Source: Limnochordia bacterium (lineage in GTDB: Bacteria; Bacillota; Limnochordia; Darwinibacteriales; Darwinibacteriaceae). Taken from it: 64,000 bases of DNA. The DNA is taken from contig JBMNKP010000002.1 of NCBI GenBank assembly GCA_050952265.1, positions 65,112 to 129,111 on the forward strand, read 5' to 3'. Below the pieces are notes generated by a model. It saw nothing but the letters and a program-made list of their open reading frames with translations. It did not search any database and was not told the origin of the DNA. This document shows positions 38,132-47,944 of the stretch, piece after piece (within the stretch, counting starts at the first letter, position 1; each line of letters starts with the position of its first letter). The position numbers were made by a program, and so were the translations under genes.

Positions 38132-39384
38132 GCAAGCCTGTTGTGGTCATCGGTGCAGGTGCAGCAGGGCTGATCGCTGCTGGTTTTCTGGCCCAGCGCG
38201 GCGCTCAGGTAAAGGTGCTGGAGAAGATGGCGCGGCCCGGTCTCAAACTGCGGATCTCCGGCAAAGGCCGCTGCAACCTGACCAGCAACCTTCCTGTGGA
38301 CGAACTCATTTCTCATTACCCCGGCAATGGCCGCTTCCTGTACGGCGCCCTTCACCGCTTTTCTAACCGTGCGTGTATGGAGTTCTTCGCCAAGCTCGGC
38401 GTGGAGCTCAAGGTGGAGCGAGGGCAGAGGGTCTTTCCTGTTTCGGACGATGCCCATGAGATAGCCGATGCCCTGGAGCGGTTTGCCCGCAGCCAGGGCG
38501 CTGAGATCTATCTTGCCCGCAAAGTGGTACGCATTGAGCTTGCGCCTTCTGGTCAGATCGCCGGTGTGGCAGCCGTGCACAAAGGCGAGGAGCGTTTCTT
38601 CCCCGCGGAGAATGTCATCGTGGCCACCGGGGGCCTGAGCTATCCGGGTACAGGATCTACGGGAGATGGCCTGATTTGGGCCAGGGACCTGGGCCACACC
38701 ATCGTGGAACCCCGACCGGCACTGGTCCCCGTTTCCGTTGAGGAAGGCTGGGCTGCTGAGCTGGCAGGGCTCAGCCTGCGCAATGTGGAATTCCAGGTAG
38801 AGAGCCCCGAAGGAGGAAGAACCAGGTACTTCGGCGAATTGATGTTTGCCCACTTCGGACTGACAGGACCCGTTGTGCTCACTGCCAGTGAGCAGATCGG
38901 CCTGTGGCTCAAAGAGAGCGGACGCGGGGTAAAGGCGTTCATTGATCTAAAGCCTGCCCTCAGCGAGGAACAGCTAGATCAGAGGCTGCTGCGAGACTTC
39001 ACTGAGTTCTCACGCAAGCAGTTTAAGAACGCCCTGGATGCCCTCCTGCCCAAGCGCTTGATCCCGGTGGTGGTGAATCTGTCAGGGGTTGATCCCCGCA
39101 AACCGTGCCACCACATCACCAGGGAAGAACGGACTCAGCTGCGCAGGCTGCTCAAAGGCCTGCCACTCACCATCAACAGGACCCTGCCCATCGCGGCAGC
39201 GATCGTCACTGCAGGGGGCGTCGATGTTAGGGAAGTGGATCCGCGCACCATGGAATCCAAGAAGGTGAAGGGTCTTTTCTTCTGCGGCGAGGTCCTCGAC
39301 GTGCATGGGGTTACGGGAGGTTTCAACCTGCAGGCGGCCTTTTCCACGGGCTACTGTGCCGCGCACGGCGTGCGGCTTGTTTGA
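38128..39384 (+). CDS. HI0933/YhiN-like FAD-dependent oxidoreductase (aminoacetone-oxidase family)
   Basis: A Rossmann GxGxxG motif VVVIGAGAAGLIAAG is present. The protein is about 418 aa. Confidence 0.8.
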   Translation: MSKPVVVIGAGAAGLIAAGFLAQRGAQVKVLEKMARPGLKLRISGKGRCNLTSNLPVDELISHYPGNGRFLYGALHRFSNRACMEFFAKLGVELKVERGQRVFPVSDDAHEIADALERFARSQGAEIYLARKVVRIELAPSGQIAGVAAVHKGEERFFPAENVIVATGGLSYPGTGSTGDGLIWARDLGHTIVEPRPALVPVSVEEGWAAELAGLSLRNVEFQVESPEGGRTRYFGELMFAHFGLTGPVVLTASEQIGLWLKESGRGVKAFIDLKPALSEEQLDQRLLRDFTEFSRKQFKNALDALLPKRLIPVVVNLSGVDPRKPCHHITREERTQLRRLLKGLPLTINRTLPIAAAIVTAGGVDVREVDPRTMESKKVKGLFFCGEVLDVHGVTGGFNLQAAFSTGYCAAHGVRLV

Positions 39385-39429
39385 GGTCCTGCGGGCCACT
39401 TAGTGATACAGAAGAGGTGAAGGTCGCTG

Positions 39430-40104
39430 GTGAAAATCGCCATAGATGGCCCCGCAGGGGCCGGAAAAAGCACTATTGCTCGTCTTCTTGCCCAACGTTT
39501 GGGATTGCGCTATCTAGATACGGGTGCCATGTACCGCGCACTCACCCTGGCAGCGCTGCGGAGAGGCGTCTCCTGCGCTGATGAAGAAGCCCTTCTCCGG
39601 GTGGCGACTTCCATGGATCTGGAAATCGTGTTCGATCCGGAGACCAAGGGCAACCTCGTGCGCCTTGATGGTCAAGACGTAACTGCGCTGATCAGGGAGC
39701 CGGAAGTGAACGCCAATGTTTCCCTAGTGTCCAGCCACAAGAAAGTTAGAGATTTCATCGTCGCCCTGCAGAAGGAGATAGCGCGGCAGGGCTGTATTGT
39801 TATGGATGGCAGGGACATAGGAACAGTGATCATGCCCGATGCGCAGTGGAAGATCTTTTTGCAGGCCAGCGTGGAGGAAAGAGCCCGCCGGCGTCAAAGA
39901 GAACTGCAGCGCAGCGGCCATGCGGTCGATCTCCAGGAGCTGGCAGAGCAGATCCGCCAGCGGGATCATTTTGATTCTACTCGAGCGGTTTCTCCTCTGC
40001 GCAAGGCAGAGGACGCCATTGAGGTGGACACCACCTCCCTCAACGTTGAGCAGGTTGTGGAGAGAGTCCTGTCGATAATTAAGGGAGCGGGCGAGGATGT
40101 ATAA
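39430..40104 (+). CDS. cmk: Cytidylate kinase
   Basis: The N-terminus reads IAIDGPAGAGKST..LGLRYLDTGAMYR. Confidence 0.9.
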   Translation: MKIAIDGPAGAGKSTIARLLAQRLGLRYLDTGAMYRALTLAALRRGVSCADEEALLRVATSMDLEIVFDPETKGNLVRLDGQDVTALIREPEVNANVSLVSSHKKVRDFIVALQKEIARQGCIVMDGRDIGTVIMPDAQWKIFLQASVEERARRRQRELQRSGHAVDLQELAEQIRQRDHFDSTRAVSPLRKAEDAIEVDTTSLNVEQVVERVLSIIKGAGEDV

Positions 40105-40720
40105 ACTTGTTCGTGCACTTGCCGCTTTTATCTTCACCGTGTTCTGCGGGATGGAGGTCTCGGGCCTGGAGAATGTTCCCCAGGAGGGCGGGGCCATCAT
40201 CGCCGGTAACCACAATACAATGATGGATCCCGTAGCTATTGGGGTAGCGCTGAGACGCCCGATTCACTTCATGGGCAAAGTCGAACTCTTTAGGACCCCG
40301 ATATCCCGCTGGTTTTTCAGCAAGCTGAATGCTTTCCCGGTCCGCCGGGGGCTTGCTGACCGAGAGGCGATCCGCACTGCCATGGAAAGAGTTGAGGCGG
40401 GGCACCTCCTCGGGGTCTTCCCTGAAGGCACGCGGAACACAACTGAGGCCGACCTTCTGCCCATGCAGGGAGGCGCCAGCCTGATAGCCATTAAGACCGG
40501 TGCACCCATCGTTCCGGTGGTCGTTTCGGGCCTTAAGCCGTTCCGGCTGCGCCGGCCCATCAGGGTCACCTTCGGGCAGCCCATCGATCTGGGAGGTCCC
40601 CGCAAGGTGACAAAAGCAGAGGTTTTGGAAGGAACTAAGGCTATTTCCGCCGAAATTAGTTACCTGTTAAGCAGGAAAAATCGAGAAAGCAGAGAAATAC
40701 AGAGACGTACGTTTGTTTAG
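40097..40720 (+). CDS. plsC: 1-acyl-sn-glycerol-3-phosphate acyltransferase
   Basis: The acyltransferase motifs NHNTMMDP (HX4D) and FPEGTRN are present. Confidence 0.85.
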   Translation: MYKLVRALAAFIFTVFCGMEVSGLENVPQEGGAIIAGNHNTMMDPVAIGVALRRPIHFMGKVELFRTPISRWFFSKLNAFPVRRGLADREAIRTAMERVEAGHLLGVFPEGTRNTTEADLLPMQGGASLIAIKTGAPIVPVVVSGLKPFRLRRPIRVTFGQPIDLGGPRKVTKAEVLEGTKAISAEISYLLSRKNRESREIQRRTFV

Positions 40721-40758
40721 AGGGCTTTTGCTGGAGGCATAATAAGGGAGGGGAATGG

Positions 40759-42933
40759 GTGGAGGTTATTCTAGCAGATGCCGCGGGCTTCTGCTTTGGG
40801 GTCAAACGTGCTTTGAGTTTGACCAATCAGGTTCTCAGTGAAATCGACCCTGCCATCCCGGTCTACACTTTGGGTCCGCTTATTCATAACCCCCAGGTCG
40901 TAGCCCAGCTCGAAGCCAAGGGAGTGCAAGTGCTGGAGCGGCCTGGTGACGCCAGTTCAGGAGTAGTCATTGTCCGCTCACATGGTGTCGCACCGAAAGT
41001 ACTGGAAGAGCTGCAAGAACTGAGTTGCGATGTTGTCGATGCCACTTGCCCTTTCGTGCAAAGGGCTATGCGGTGGGCTGAGCAGTTAAGCGACGAAGGG
41101 TATCAAGTCATTGTTGTTGGTGACAGGCTTCATCCAGAGGTACAAGCTATTTTGGGTTATGCCGGTGAAACCGCACAAGTTGTGAGTGACCCTCAAGAGA
41201 TCCGCGAGCTGCCGATAGCAAGTCGCGTCGGTGTGATAGCACAAACGACTCAATCAGTTCAAAACTTCAAAGCTTGCGTCGACGAACTGGTTGGGAAAGT
41301 GGAGGACCTAAAAACCTTTGATACCATCTGTACTGCTACCGAACAGCGGCAGAAGTCGGCACGCGAGTTGGCCGCCAAAGTGGATGTGATGGTTGTTATT
41401 GGAGGTCGGAACAGCGCCAACACAAAGCGATTGGCGGAAATATGTAAGGAGCAGGGGACGGCCACGTATCATATAGAGACACCAGATGAACTGCAGCGCC
41501 AGTGGTTTGCTGGTGCGCGGAGGGCTGGGGTTACGGCCGGAGCCTCGACTCCAGATTGGTTAATTGAGGGGGTACTTACAAGAATGAGCGAGTTCAGCGA
41601 AGAAAAAGTGACAGAGACTGTGGCAGAGACAGCGCAACCTGTCGAAGCAGAGCTGGAGGAATCCACACAAGCGGTGGACGAAGCAGCCCAAGGAATGGCA
41701 GAGGTTAACGAAGAGGCGGCCGAGCCCGTTCAGGGGGTTACCCCGGAAGAGGGCAAGACAAATGAAGTCCAGATGAGTGAGTTTGAGGTCAACATGCCCA
41801 CCGTTGGGGCGATCATCAAAGGCAAAGTGGTTCATGTTTCCAACGATGAGGTCCTGGTGGACATCGACTATAAATCTGAAGGACGCATTCCACTTAACGA
41901 GCTCAGCTTCATCACCAACGCCAATCCCGAGGATATCGTGAGCGTGGGTGACGAGATCTACGTCAAGGTTCTCAAGGTGGATGATACAGAAGGTAATGTC
42001 ATCCTTTCTAAGAAGCGGGCCGATGCCGACATTTCCTGGGAACAGTTGGAGCAGCTGTACAAGTCGGGAGAGACTCTGCAGGCTAAGGTTGTTCAGGTGG
42101 TCAAAGGCGGTCTCCTGGTCAACGTGGGCGTGCGCGGCTTCATCCCTGCCAGTCATGTTTCCCGCGGTTTTGAGAACAATTTAGAGAAGTACGTTGGCCA
42201 GACTCTTGAGCTGAAGATCATCGAACTCGACCGCTCCAAGAACAACGTGGTCTTCTCCCACAAGCAGGTGCTGGAAGAGAAGCATGCCAAGGCCAAGGAA
42301 GAGGCCTTCGCCAATCTCAAGCCTGGCATGAAGGTTCATGGCGTTGTCCGCCGCCTAACCGATTTCGGGGCCTTTGTTGATATCGGTGGTGGAGTAGAAG
42401 GCCTGCTGCATGTCTCTGAGATGGCTTACAGCAGAGTCAACCATCCTTCCGATGTCGTTGCTGAAGGCGATGAGGTTACGGTCATGATTTTGGGCGTCGA
42501 CAAGGAGCGGGAGCGCATCTCCCTCGGGCTGAAGCAGACCGTTCCGGATCCGTGGACCACTGTGGGCGAGCGCTATGCCGTCGGTCAGAAAGTGACCGGC
42601 GAAGTAACCAGGGTTGTTGACTTCGGCGCCTTCGTCAAACTGGAAGACGGTGTCGAGGGTCTGGTTCACATCAGCGAGCTTTCCCACAAGCATGTGGCTA
42701 AGGCTGAAGACGTGGTCAAGCCGGGCGATCAGGTCCAGGTAAAGGTGATCAGCGTCGATCCAGATGCCCGCCGGATCGGACTCAGCATCAAGGAGCTCGA
42801 GCCGAAGCCGCAGGCGCAGCCGAAACCCAAGCAGCAGCAACAGCCCAACTTGGCGGAAGGCACCGACCGCGAAGAACTGACCACCAACATCGGAGATATG
42901 TTTGGTGACCTGTTCAAAGACGACCTTAGATAG
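40759..42933 (+). CDS. ispH: 4-hydroxy-3-methylbut-2-enyl diphosphate reductase fused to ribosomal protein S1 (IspH::RpsA)
   Basis: The N-terminal IspH domain (about 280 aa; GFCFGVKRA with conserved Cys) is followed by a linker and four S1 domains. Confidence 0.9.
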   Translation: MEVILADAAGFCFGVKRALSLTNQVLSEIDPAIPVYTLGPLIHNPQVVAQLEAKGVQVLERPGDASSGVVIVRSHGVAPKVLEELQELSCDVVDATCPFVQRAMRWAEQLSDEGYQVIVVGDRLHPEVQAILGYAGETAQVVSDPQEIRELPIASRVGVIAQTTQSVQNFKACVDELVGKVEDLKTFDTICTATEQRQKSARELAAKVDVMVVIGGRNSANTKRLAEICKEQGTATYHIETPDELQRQWFAGARRAGVTAGASTPDWLIEGVLTRMSEFSEEKVTETVAETAQPVEAELEESTQAVDEAAQGMAEVNEEAAEPVQGVTPEEGKTNEVQMSEFEVNMPTVGAIIKGKVVHVSNDEVLVDIDYKSEGRIPLNELSFITNANPEDIVSVGDEIYVKVLKVDDTEGNVILSKKRADADISWEQLEQLYKSGETLQAKVVQVVKGGLLVNVGVRGFIPASHVSRGFENNLEKYVGQTLELKIIELDRSKNNVVFSHKQVLEEKHAKAKEEAFANLKPGMKVHGVVRRLTDFGAFVDIGGGVEGLLHVSEMAYSRVNHPSDVVAEGDEVTVMILGVDKERERISLGLKQTVPDPWTTVGERYAVGQKVTGEVTRVVDFGAFVKLEDGVEGLVHISELSHKHVAKAEDVVKPGDQVQVKVISVDPDARRIGLSIKELEPKPQAQPKPKQQQQPNLAEGTDREELTTNIGDMFGDLFKDDLR

Positions 42934-42950
42934 CAATCAAACAACCACAG

Positions 42951-42986
42951 AAATCCTGTAGGTTCCGGCCTACAGGATTTTTTCTT
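42951..42986 (+). terminator. Rho-independent terminator after ispH::rpsA
   Basis: A 12-bp stem aaatcctgtagg/cctacaggattt is followed by TTTCTT. Confidence 0.85.
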
Positions 42987-43052
42987 GGATACGCCCGTTG
43001 CTGCCGGGAACAATAGAGTCAGGCGTTTCGTGAAAACACGGGAGGGATCCTC

Positions 43053-43679
43053 TTGCCTGTGGGAACTGTCCTGCTGCTGGTCATCGCAGCGCTGATCTAC
43101 TTCGGAGTTGGCCAGCGCCTGCTCGACCGCATGCGCCTGACCGATACACAAGCCCTGATCGCTATCGCTCTGATGATCGGAGGGAGCTTCATCGTCCTGC
43201 CGCTGAGTGCCGGTCGCACCACCGTGGGCATCAACTTGGGAGGCGGGTTGGTGCCGCTGGCCTTGGTCATCTACCTGCTGATCCGAGCCGATGCAGCTCG
43301 CGAACGGCTGCGCGCCTTGGTCGCGGCCTTAGTGACCGGCGGGGTGATCTACGGGGTGAGCCAGGTTACAGACTTTGACCCTTCCAGTCCCTATCTTTTT
43401 ATCGATCCCCTTTGGCTGTTCGCGATCGTAGCCGGCATCGTGGGCTATCTAGCAGGCCGCTCCCGCCGGGCGTCTTTCATCGCCGGTGTCTTGGGGCTCT
43501 TTGCCGTCGATCTGGTCCATCTCGTTCAGGCCCTGCTGGCTAACATGCCCACCCGGGTAGTGTTGGGCGGGGCCGGGGTGTTTGACGCCATGATCGTCTC
43601 GGGCCTGATCGCGGTGGGCCTCGCAGAGTTCGTGGGAGAAACAAGGGAGCGCTTGGCCGAGGGGGGTGAAGACCTGTGA
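43053..43679 (+). CDS. DUF1614-like polytopic membrane protein co-transcribed with spoIIP
   Basis: The protein is hydrophobic with about six transmembrane segments. Its stop overlaps the spoIIP GTG start as GTGA. Confidence 0.5.
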   Translation: MPVGTVLLLVIAALIYFGVGQRLLDRMRLTDTQALIAIALMIGGSFIVLPLSAGRTTVGINLGGGLVPLALVIYLLIRADAARERLRALVAALVTGGVIYGVSQVTDFDPSSPYLFIDPLWLFAIVAGIVGYLAGRSRRASFIAGVLGLFAVDLVHLVQALLANMPTRVVLGGAGVFDAMIVSGLIAVGLAEFVGETRERLAEGGEDL

Positions 43680-44755
43680 GACGTTGCTCGCGCAAAGCTG
43701 CAGTACTCATCCTCCTTGGGGTGCTCGCCCTATCCCAAGCGGCCTCTGCCGATGAACGCCGGGACGGAGGTTTCTTCACCTTGTTGGACGACGAAGGCGA
43801 AGCGATCACCATGACAGCCCGGGAACTGGATCCCGGCGACAGGTACATAGCAGCCGATAACCGCCTTTTTGAAGTGGTCCAGACAGAAGGCGATACGGTA
43901 CGGGTGCGCTACCTGGAGACGGTTGTCCTGCCGGAGATCGGGGAGGAACTGCTCAGGGCTGAAGTGGCCCAGGCCGCGCAGGCCTCGGGAGTGGTGGGCA
44001 TCTACCACACCCACAACGACGAATCCTATGTGCCCACGAGCGGTACTGAATCCCGCGATGATGGCAGGGGGGATGTCCTGCGCGTCGGAAAAGCCTTGGC
44101 TAGCGCGCTGGAAGCGCAGGGACTCACCGTTCATTGGTCAGACAACAGCCACATCCCCCACGACGGGCAGGCCTATGTGCGCTCGCGGCGCACTGCGGTT
44201 GAGCTGCTGAAGGAGCAGCCCGACACCCTGATCGATGTCCACCGGGACGCGACACCCCCCGAGGTATATGAAGCCGAGGTAAACGGCGAACCGGTCACCA
44301 AGGTGCGCATCGTGGTGGGCAGGCAGAACCAGAACCGGGAGGCAAACCTGGAGTACGCCAAGCGCCTCAAAGCAGTGGCCGACAAGCTCTACCCCGGGAT
44401 CGTTGAGGGGATCTTCGATGCCAAAGGGAACTATAACCAAGACCTGGGACCGAAGACCATCCTTCTGGAGTTTGGCGCCCACACCAACCGCTTGGATCAC
44501 GCGGAGCAGGCGGCCGAATTCTTTGCCAAGGTCATTCCGGCTGCGGCCGGGCTTACCACGGGCAGCAGACAGCAGGCTGAAGAACAGATCGGGGGAGGAG
44601 CGAGCCGCTCCCTCCTCTGGACGGTCCTCATTGCCGGAGGATTGGGCGCCGCTTTTCTTCTGATCAAGCAGGGAAGGATCGGTACTCTGGCAGGGTTTTT
44701 CCGCCGGGAGGCGGGATTGGCCGAGAGAGATCACGATTCGGACGACGAACAATGA
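43676..44755 (+). CDS. spoIIP: Stage II sporulation protein P
   Basis: A signal anchor is followed by the SpoIIP core (GIYHTHNDESY, IDVHRD, LLEFGAHTN) and a C-terminal transmembrane segment. Confidence 0.85.
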   Translation: MRRCSRKAAVLILLGVLALSQAASADERRDGGFFTLLDDEGEAITMTARELDPGDRYIAADNRLFEVVQTEGDTVRVRYLETVVLPEIGEELLRAEVAQAAQASGVVGIYHTHNDESYVPTSGTESRDDGRGDVLRVGKALASALEAQGLTVHWSDNSHIPHDGQAYVRSRRTAVELLKEQPDTLIDVHRDATPPEVYEAEVNGEPVTKVRIVVGRQNQNREANLEYAKRLKAVADKLYPGIVEGIFDAKGNYNQDLGPKTILLEFGAHTNRLDHAEQAAEFFAKVIPAAAGLTTGSRQQAEEQIGGGASRSLLWTVLIAGGLGAAFLLIKQGRIGTLAGFFRREAGLAERDHDSDDEQ

Positions 44756-45654
44756 GCCATATCTTCAATCTCGTGACTGCCACAACAGCGGGCTTTCTGG
44801 CCCGTTTGTACATGCTTCGCCGCGACTACCGCCAGTATCCCAGTTACCCCCAGGGGTGGGCGATTCACCTCTTCGTGGGGTTTATCGGGGCCGCGATCGG
44901 AGCGGTGATCGTGCCGGCAGTGATTGAGAAAGAGTATGCTGCGGTTTCTTTCCTCATCTTGGCTGCCTCGCAGTTTCGCGAGGTGCGCAGCGTGGAACGG
45001 GATACCCTCGAAGCCATGGAGTCCACCGAGCTCGTCAAGCGTGGTACTGCCTACATCGAGGGCATAGCCCGCGTCTTTGAGGCTCGCAACTACTTGGCCA
45101 TCTGGGTCTCTTTGGCGGTGGCTGTTGCTGCGCGCCTCTGGCCCGGAGGCGTCTTTGGGAATCTGGCGGTCTGTTCTTTGGTGGGCTTGGCCATGGCCGC
45201 GCTGCTGAGCCGCCTGATGCACGGCGATCGGGTTGGCGATATCGCGGAGGTGGAATTGGCCGAACTCCAGTTTGACCAAGCCCTCCTGAAGGTGGAGGAT
45301 ACGGTGCTGATGAACGTGGGACTGGAGACGGCGCGAGCGGTCTACCGGGAGCGCGGTTTGGCAGCCAAGATCATCCCCAAAGGTCCCAACGCCAAAGCAA
45401 CCCTTGCGAACCTCGGCCAGATGCAGGCCATCGCCCACGATGTTTCGGCCATGATCGGTGTGTATATGGACGTCGGTGAGCAGGAGTTCATCCCCTTGGT
45501 GCGGCGCAATCCGTCCAGCGGCTGCCTCTATCTCGTCATGGTGCCCTCGGAGGATGACCCCGACGCCTTTCTTACTGCGATCCGGAGAGTCCCGGTGCTG
45601 GAGGGTGCTGTGCGCAAGCCCCTCACCTCGGTAGCGGGAAAGATGTTAGATTGA
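44752..45654 (+). CDS. YIEGIA family membrane protein
   Basis: The protein contains the eponymous motif GTAYIEGIARV and has multi-TM topology. It sits upstream of der, as a YIEGIA-family neighbour of engA does in Bacilli. Confidence 0.65.
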   Translation: MSHIFNLVTATTAGFLARLYMLRRDYRQYPSYPQGWAIHLFVGFIGAAIGAVIVPAVIEKEYAAVSFLILAASQFREVRSVERDTLEAMESTELVKRGTAYIEGIARVFEARNYLAIWVSLAVAVAARLWPGGVFGNLAVCSLVGLAMAALLSRLMHGDRVGDIAEVELAELQFDQALLKVEDTVLMNVGLETARAVYRERGLAAKIIPKGPNAKATLANLGQMQAIAHDVSAMIGVYMDVGEQEFIPLVRRNPSSGCLYLVMVPSEDDPDAFLTAIRRVPVLEGAVRKPLTSVAGKMLD

Positions 45655-45684
45655 GGGGAGTGGCGGAAGCTGATCCTTGCTGTA

Positions 45685-45840
45685 GTGGCGGTGGACAGGG
45701 CGCAGGTGGGGGGCGGAGCCCCCATCTTTTACGCGCGCGGTGCGGAGGAGCAGTACGAGGTGGCCCTTCTCCTGGCCAAGGTCCTGGGTGCCGCCGTGCA
45801 CGATCTGCACAACGGAGTGCTGGTCATCGTGCGGCACTGA
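45685..45840 (+). CDS. Small conserved-looking ORF downstream of the YIEGIA gene (possible capping partner); start uncertain
   Basis: The frame opens after the YIEGIA TGA and encodes ...VAVDRAQVGGGAPIFYARGAEEQYEVALLLAKVLGAAVHDLHNGVLVIVRH. This frame is not in the ORF track, which instead lists an implausible 78-aa ORF here. Candidate starts are GTG 45685 or ATC 45673. Confidence 0.35.
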   Translation: MAVDRAQVGGGAPIFYARGAEEQYEVALLLAKVLGAAVHDLHNGVLVIVRH

Positions 45841-45913
45841 GGGCGAGAAGGATTTGCCTGGCAGATAGCGAAGGATCCATTCTATGATCGCAGGCAGTTG
45901 AGGAGAGGTTTAT

Positions 45914-47227
45914 ATGGATAGACCGATTGTGGCCATCGTGGGCCGACCGAATGTCGGGAAAAGCACGCTTTTCAACCGCATCACAGGAGGGCGGACGGCC
46001 ATTGTGGAAAGCGTGCCCGGAGTAACCCGTGACCGCATCTACGGCGATGCCGAGTGGCTGGACAAGTGGTTCAGCATCATTGATACAGGTGGAATAGACT
46101 TTCAGGACGATGTCATTACCAGGCAGGTGAGGCAGCAGGCATTGGTCGCTGTCGACGAAGCGGACGTGATCATCTTCGTGGTTGACGGGCGAGAAGGCCT
46201 AACCGGCGTGGACGAAGAGATAGCGTCCATCCTGAGGCGCAGCAGCAAGCCTGTCGTTCTCTGCGTGAACAAGGTGGAGTCCACAGAGCAAACCTGGGAA
46301 GCATCTGTGGATTTTTACGCTTTGGGTCTCGGCGAGCCCATATTGGTATCCGCCGCGCATGGGCGGAATATCGGGGATCTTCTCGACGCGGTGGTCGAGC
46401 ATTTCCCGGCCGATGCTGATGTCACGGAAGATGATTCGCTTAAGGTCGCCATCGTGGGCCGGCCCAATGTAGGCAAGTCTTCGCTGGTAAACAAGATCCT
46501 GGGCGAAGAGCGTGTCATCGTCACCGACATTCCAGGAACAACTAGAGATGCCATCGACACCAAGTTCGTCTTCCGCGACCAAAACCTGACTCTTATAGAC
46601 ACAGCGGGTCTGCGCCGCAAGAGCAAGGTTGACGAGAGTGTTGAATATTATAGTGTGATCAGAACTCTGCGCGCTGTCGAGCGTTCGGACATTGCCGTGA
46701 TCATGATCGATGCTGTGGAAGGCCTGACTGACCAGGACAAGCGGATTGCCGGCATCGCGCATGAACAAGGACGGGGCATCATCTTGGCAGTCAACAAATG
46801 GGACTTGGTGCTCAAGGAGACCAACACCATGCGGGACTTCGAAAAGGGTTTGCGCGAGCAGCTTCTCTTTCTGGATTTTGCGCCAGTGGTGTTCATCTCA
46901 GCTCGGACCGGCGAGCGCATCGACAAACTGCTTGAGCTCTGCTTGATGGTGCACGAATCCCGCAACATGCGCCTGTCCACCGGGGTGGTCAACCAGATTA
47001 TCCAGGATGCGGTCGCCATGAACCAGCCCCCGAGCGACAAGGGCGTCCCTTTGAAGATCTATTACGGAGCGCAGGTTCAGGTCAAACCGCCCACGTTTGT
47101 GCTGCATGTGAACAGAAAGGATCTGCTGCACTTTTCCTATCAGCGCTATCTGGAGAACCGCATCCGCCAGGAGTATGCTTTCGTGGGTACCCCCATAATG
47201 ATTGTGGCTAAGGAGAGGGAAGAATGA
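45914..47227 (+). CDS. der: GTPase Der (EngA)
   Basis: Tandem GTPase domains are present (GRPNVGKST twice) followed by a KH-like C-terminal domain. Confidence 0.95.
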   Translation: MDRPIVAIVGRPNVGKSTLFNRITGGRTAIVESVPGVTRDRIYGDAEWLDKWFSIIDTGGIDFQDDVITRQVRQQALVAVDEADVIIFVVDGREGLTGVDEEIASILRRSSKPVVLCVNKVESTEQTWEASVDFYALGLGEPILVSAAHGRNIGDLLDAVVEHFPADADVTEDDSLKVAIVGRPNVGKSSLVNKILGEERVIVTDIPGTTRDAIDTKFVFRDQNLTLIDTAGLRRKSKVDESVEYYSVIRTLRAVERSDIAVIMIDAVEGLTDQDKRIAGIAHEQGRGIILAVNKWDLVLKETNTMRDFEKGLREQLLFLDFAPVVFISARTGERIDKLLELCLMVHESRNMRLSTGVVNQIIQDAVAMNQPPSDKGVPLKIYYGAQVQVKPPTFVLHVNRKDLLHFSYQRYLENRIRQEYAFVGTPIMIVAKEREE

Positions 47228-47820
47228 TCTATCTTATGGTCATGGCTGCGGCCTATGTACTGGGCAGCATCCCTTTTGGGCTCCTGGTGGGCAAGTGGTG
47301 GGCCAAAGTGGACGTACGCCAGTACGGCAGCGGCAACATAGGTATGACGAACGTTCTGCGCACCGCTGGTTACATTCCTGCGGCGCTTACGCTTATCGGC
47401 GATGTGGGCAAGGGGGCCGTGTCAGTGCTCATCGCCCAGAGGTTCTTGGAGGAACCCGTGCTGCATCTGCTGGCAGGCACCTTTGCCATGCTTGGCCACA
47501 ACTGGCCGCTGTTTCTTGGTTTCAAGGGCGGAAAAGGCGTGGCTACTATCGCCGGCGTTCTGGCAGTCTTCCGTCCCCTGACGGCTTTGGTCTTGTTTCT
47601 GATCTGGCTCACCGTGCTCATTGCCTTTCGTTACATCTCCCTGGCCTCCATATCCGTTGCTGTTTGTCTGCCCTTTGTCCTGCTGCTGGCGGGTGCAGGG
47701 TGGTCCGAGATTGGGTTGGGCACATTCATGGCCGTCGTAACCATCTTCCGGCACCGAAGCAACATCGAACGTCTGCGCAGGGGTACTGAGTTCCGCGTCG
47801 GTCAGAGAGTAGAGCGTTGA
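47224..47820 (+). CDS. plsY: Glycerol-3-phosphate acyltransferase PlsY
   Basis: The translation has GSIPFGLL..QYGSGNIGMTNVLRT. The ATG overlaps the der stop. Confidence 0.9.
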   Translation: MIYLMVMAAAYVLGSIPFGLLVGKWWAKVDVRQYGSGNIGMTNVLRTAGYIPAALTLIGDVGKGAVSVLIAQRFLEEPVLHLLAGTFAMLGHNWPLFLGFKGGKGVATIAGVLAVFRPLTALVLFLIWLTVLIAFRYISLASISVAVCLPFVLLLAGAGWSEIGLGTFMAVVTIFRHRSNIERLRRGTEFRVGQRVER

Positions 47821-47944
47821 AACGCAGTCTGGCTTGTCTCCAATTCCACGAAGGCTGTTATATTTCTCCCTCCGCAGTAATATAGTATACTGTCCACCCT
47901 CATGTCGGTGAGTGAGGGCGCCTATACTTAGGAGGGGAGCCGGA

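Noticed and set aside
45651-45887. 78-aa ORF MRGVAEADPCCSGGGQG...
   Set aside because: It is Gly/Arg/Cys-rich and non-protein-like. A different frame in the same region gives a far more plausible small protein (reported under findings).
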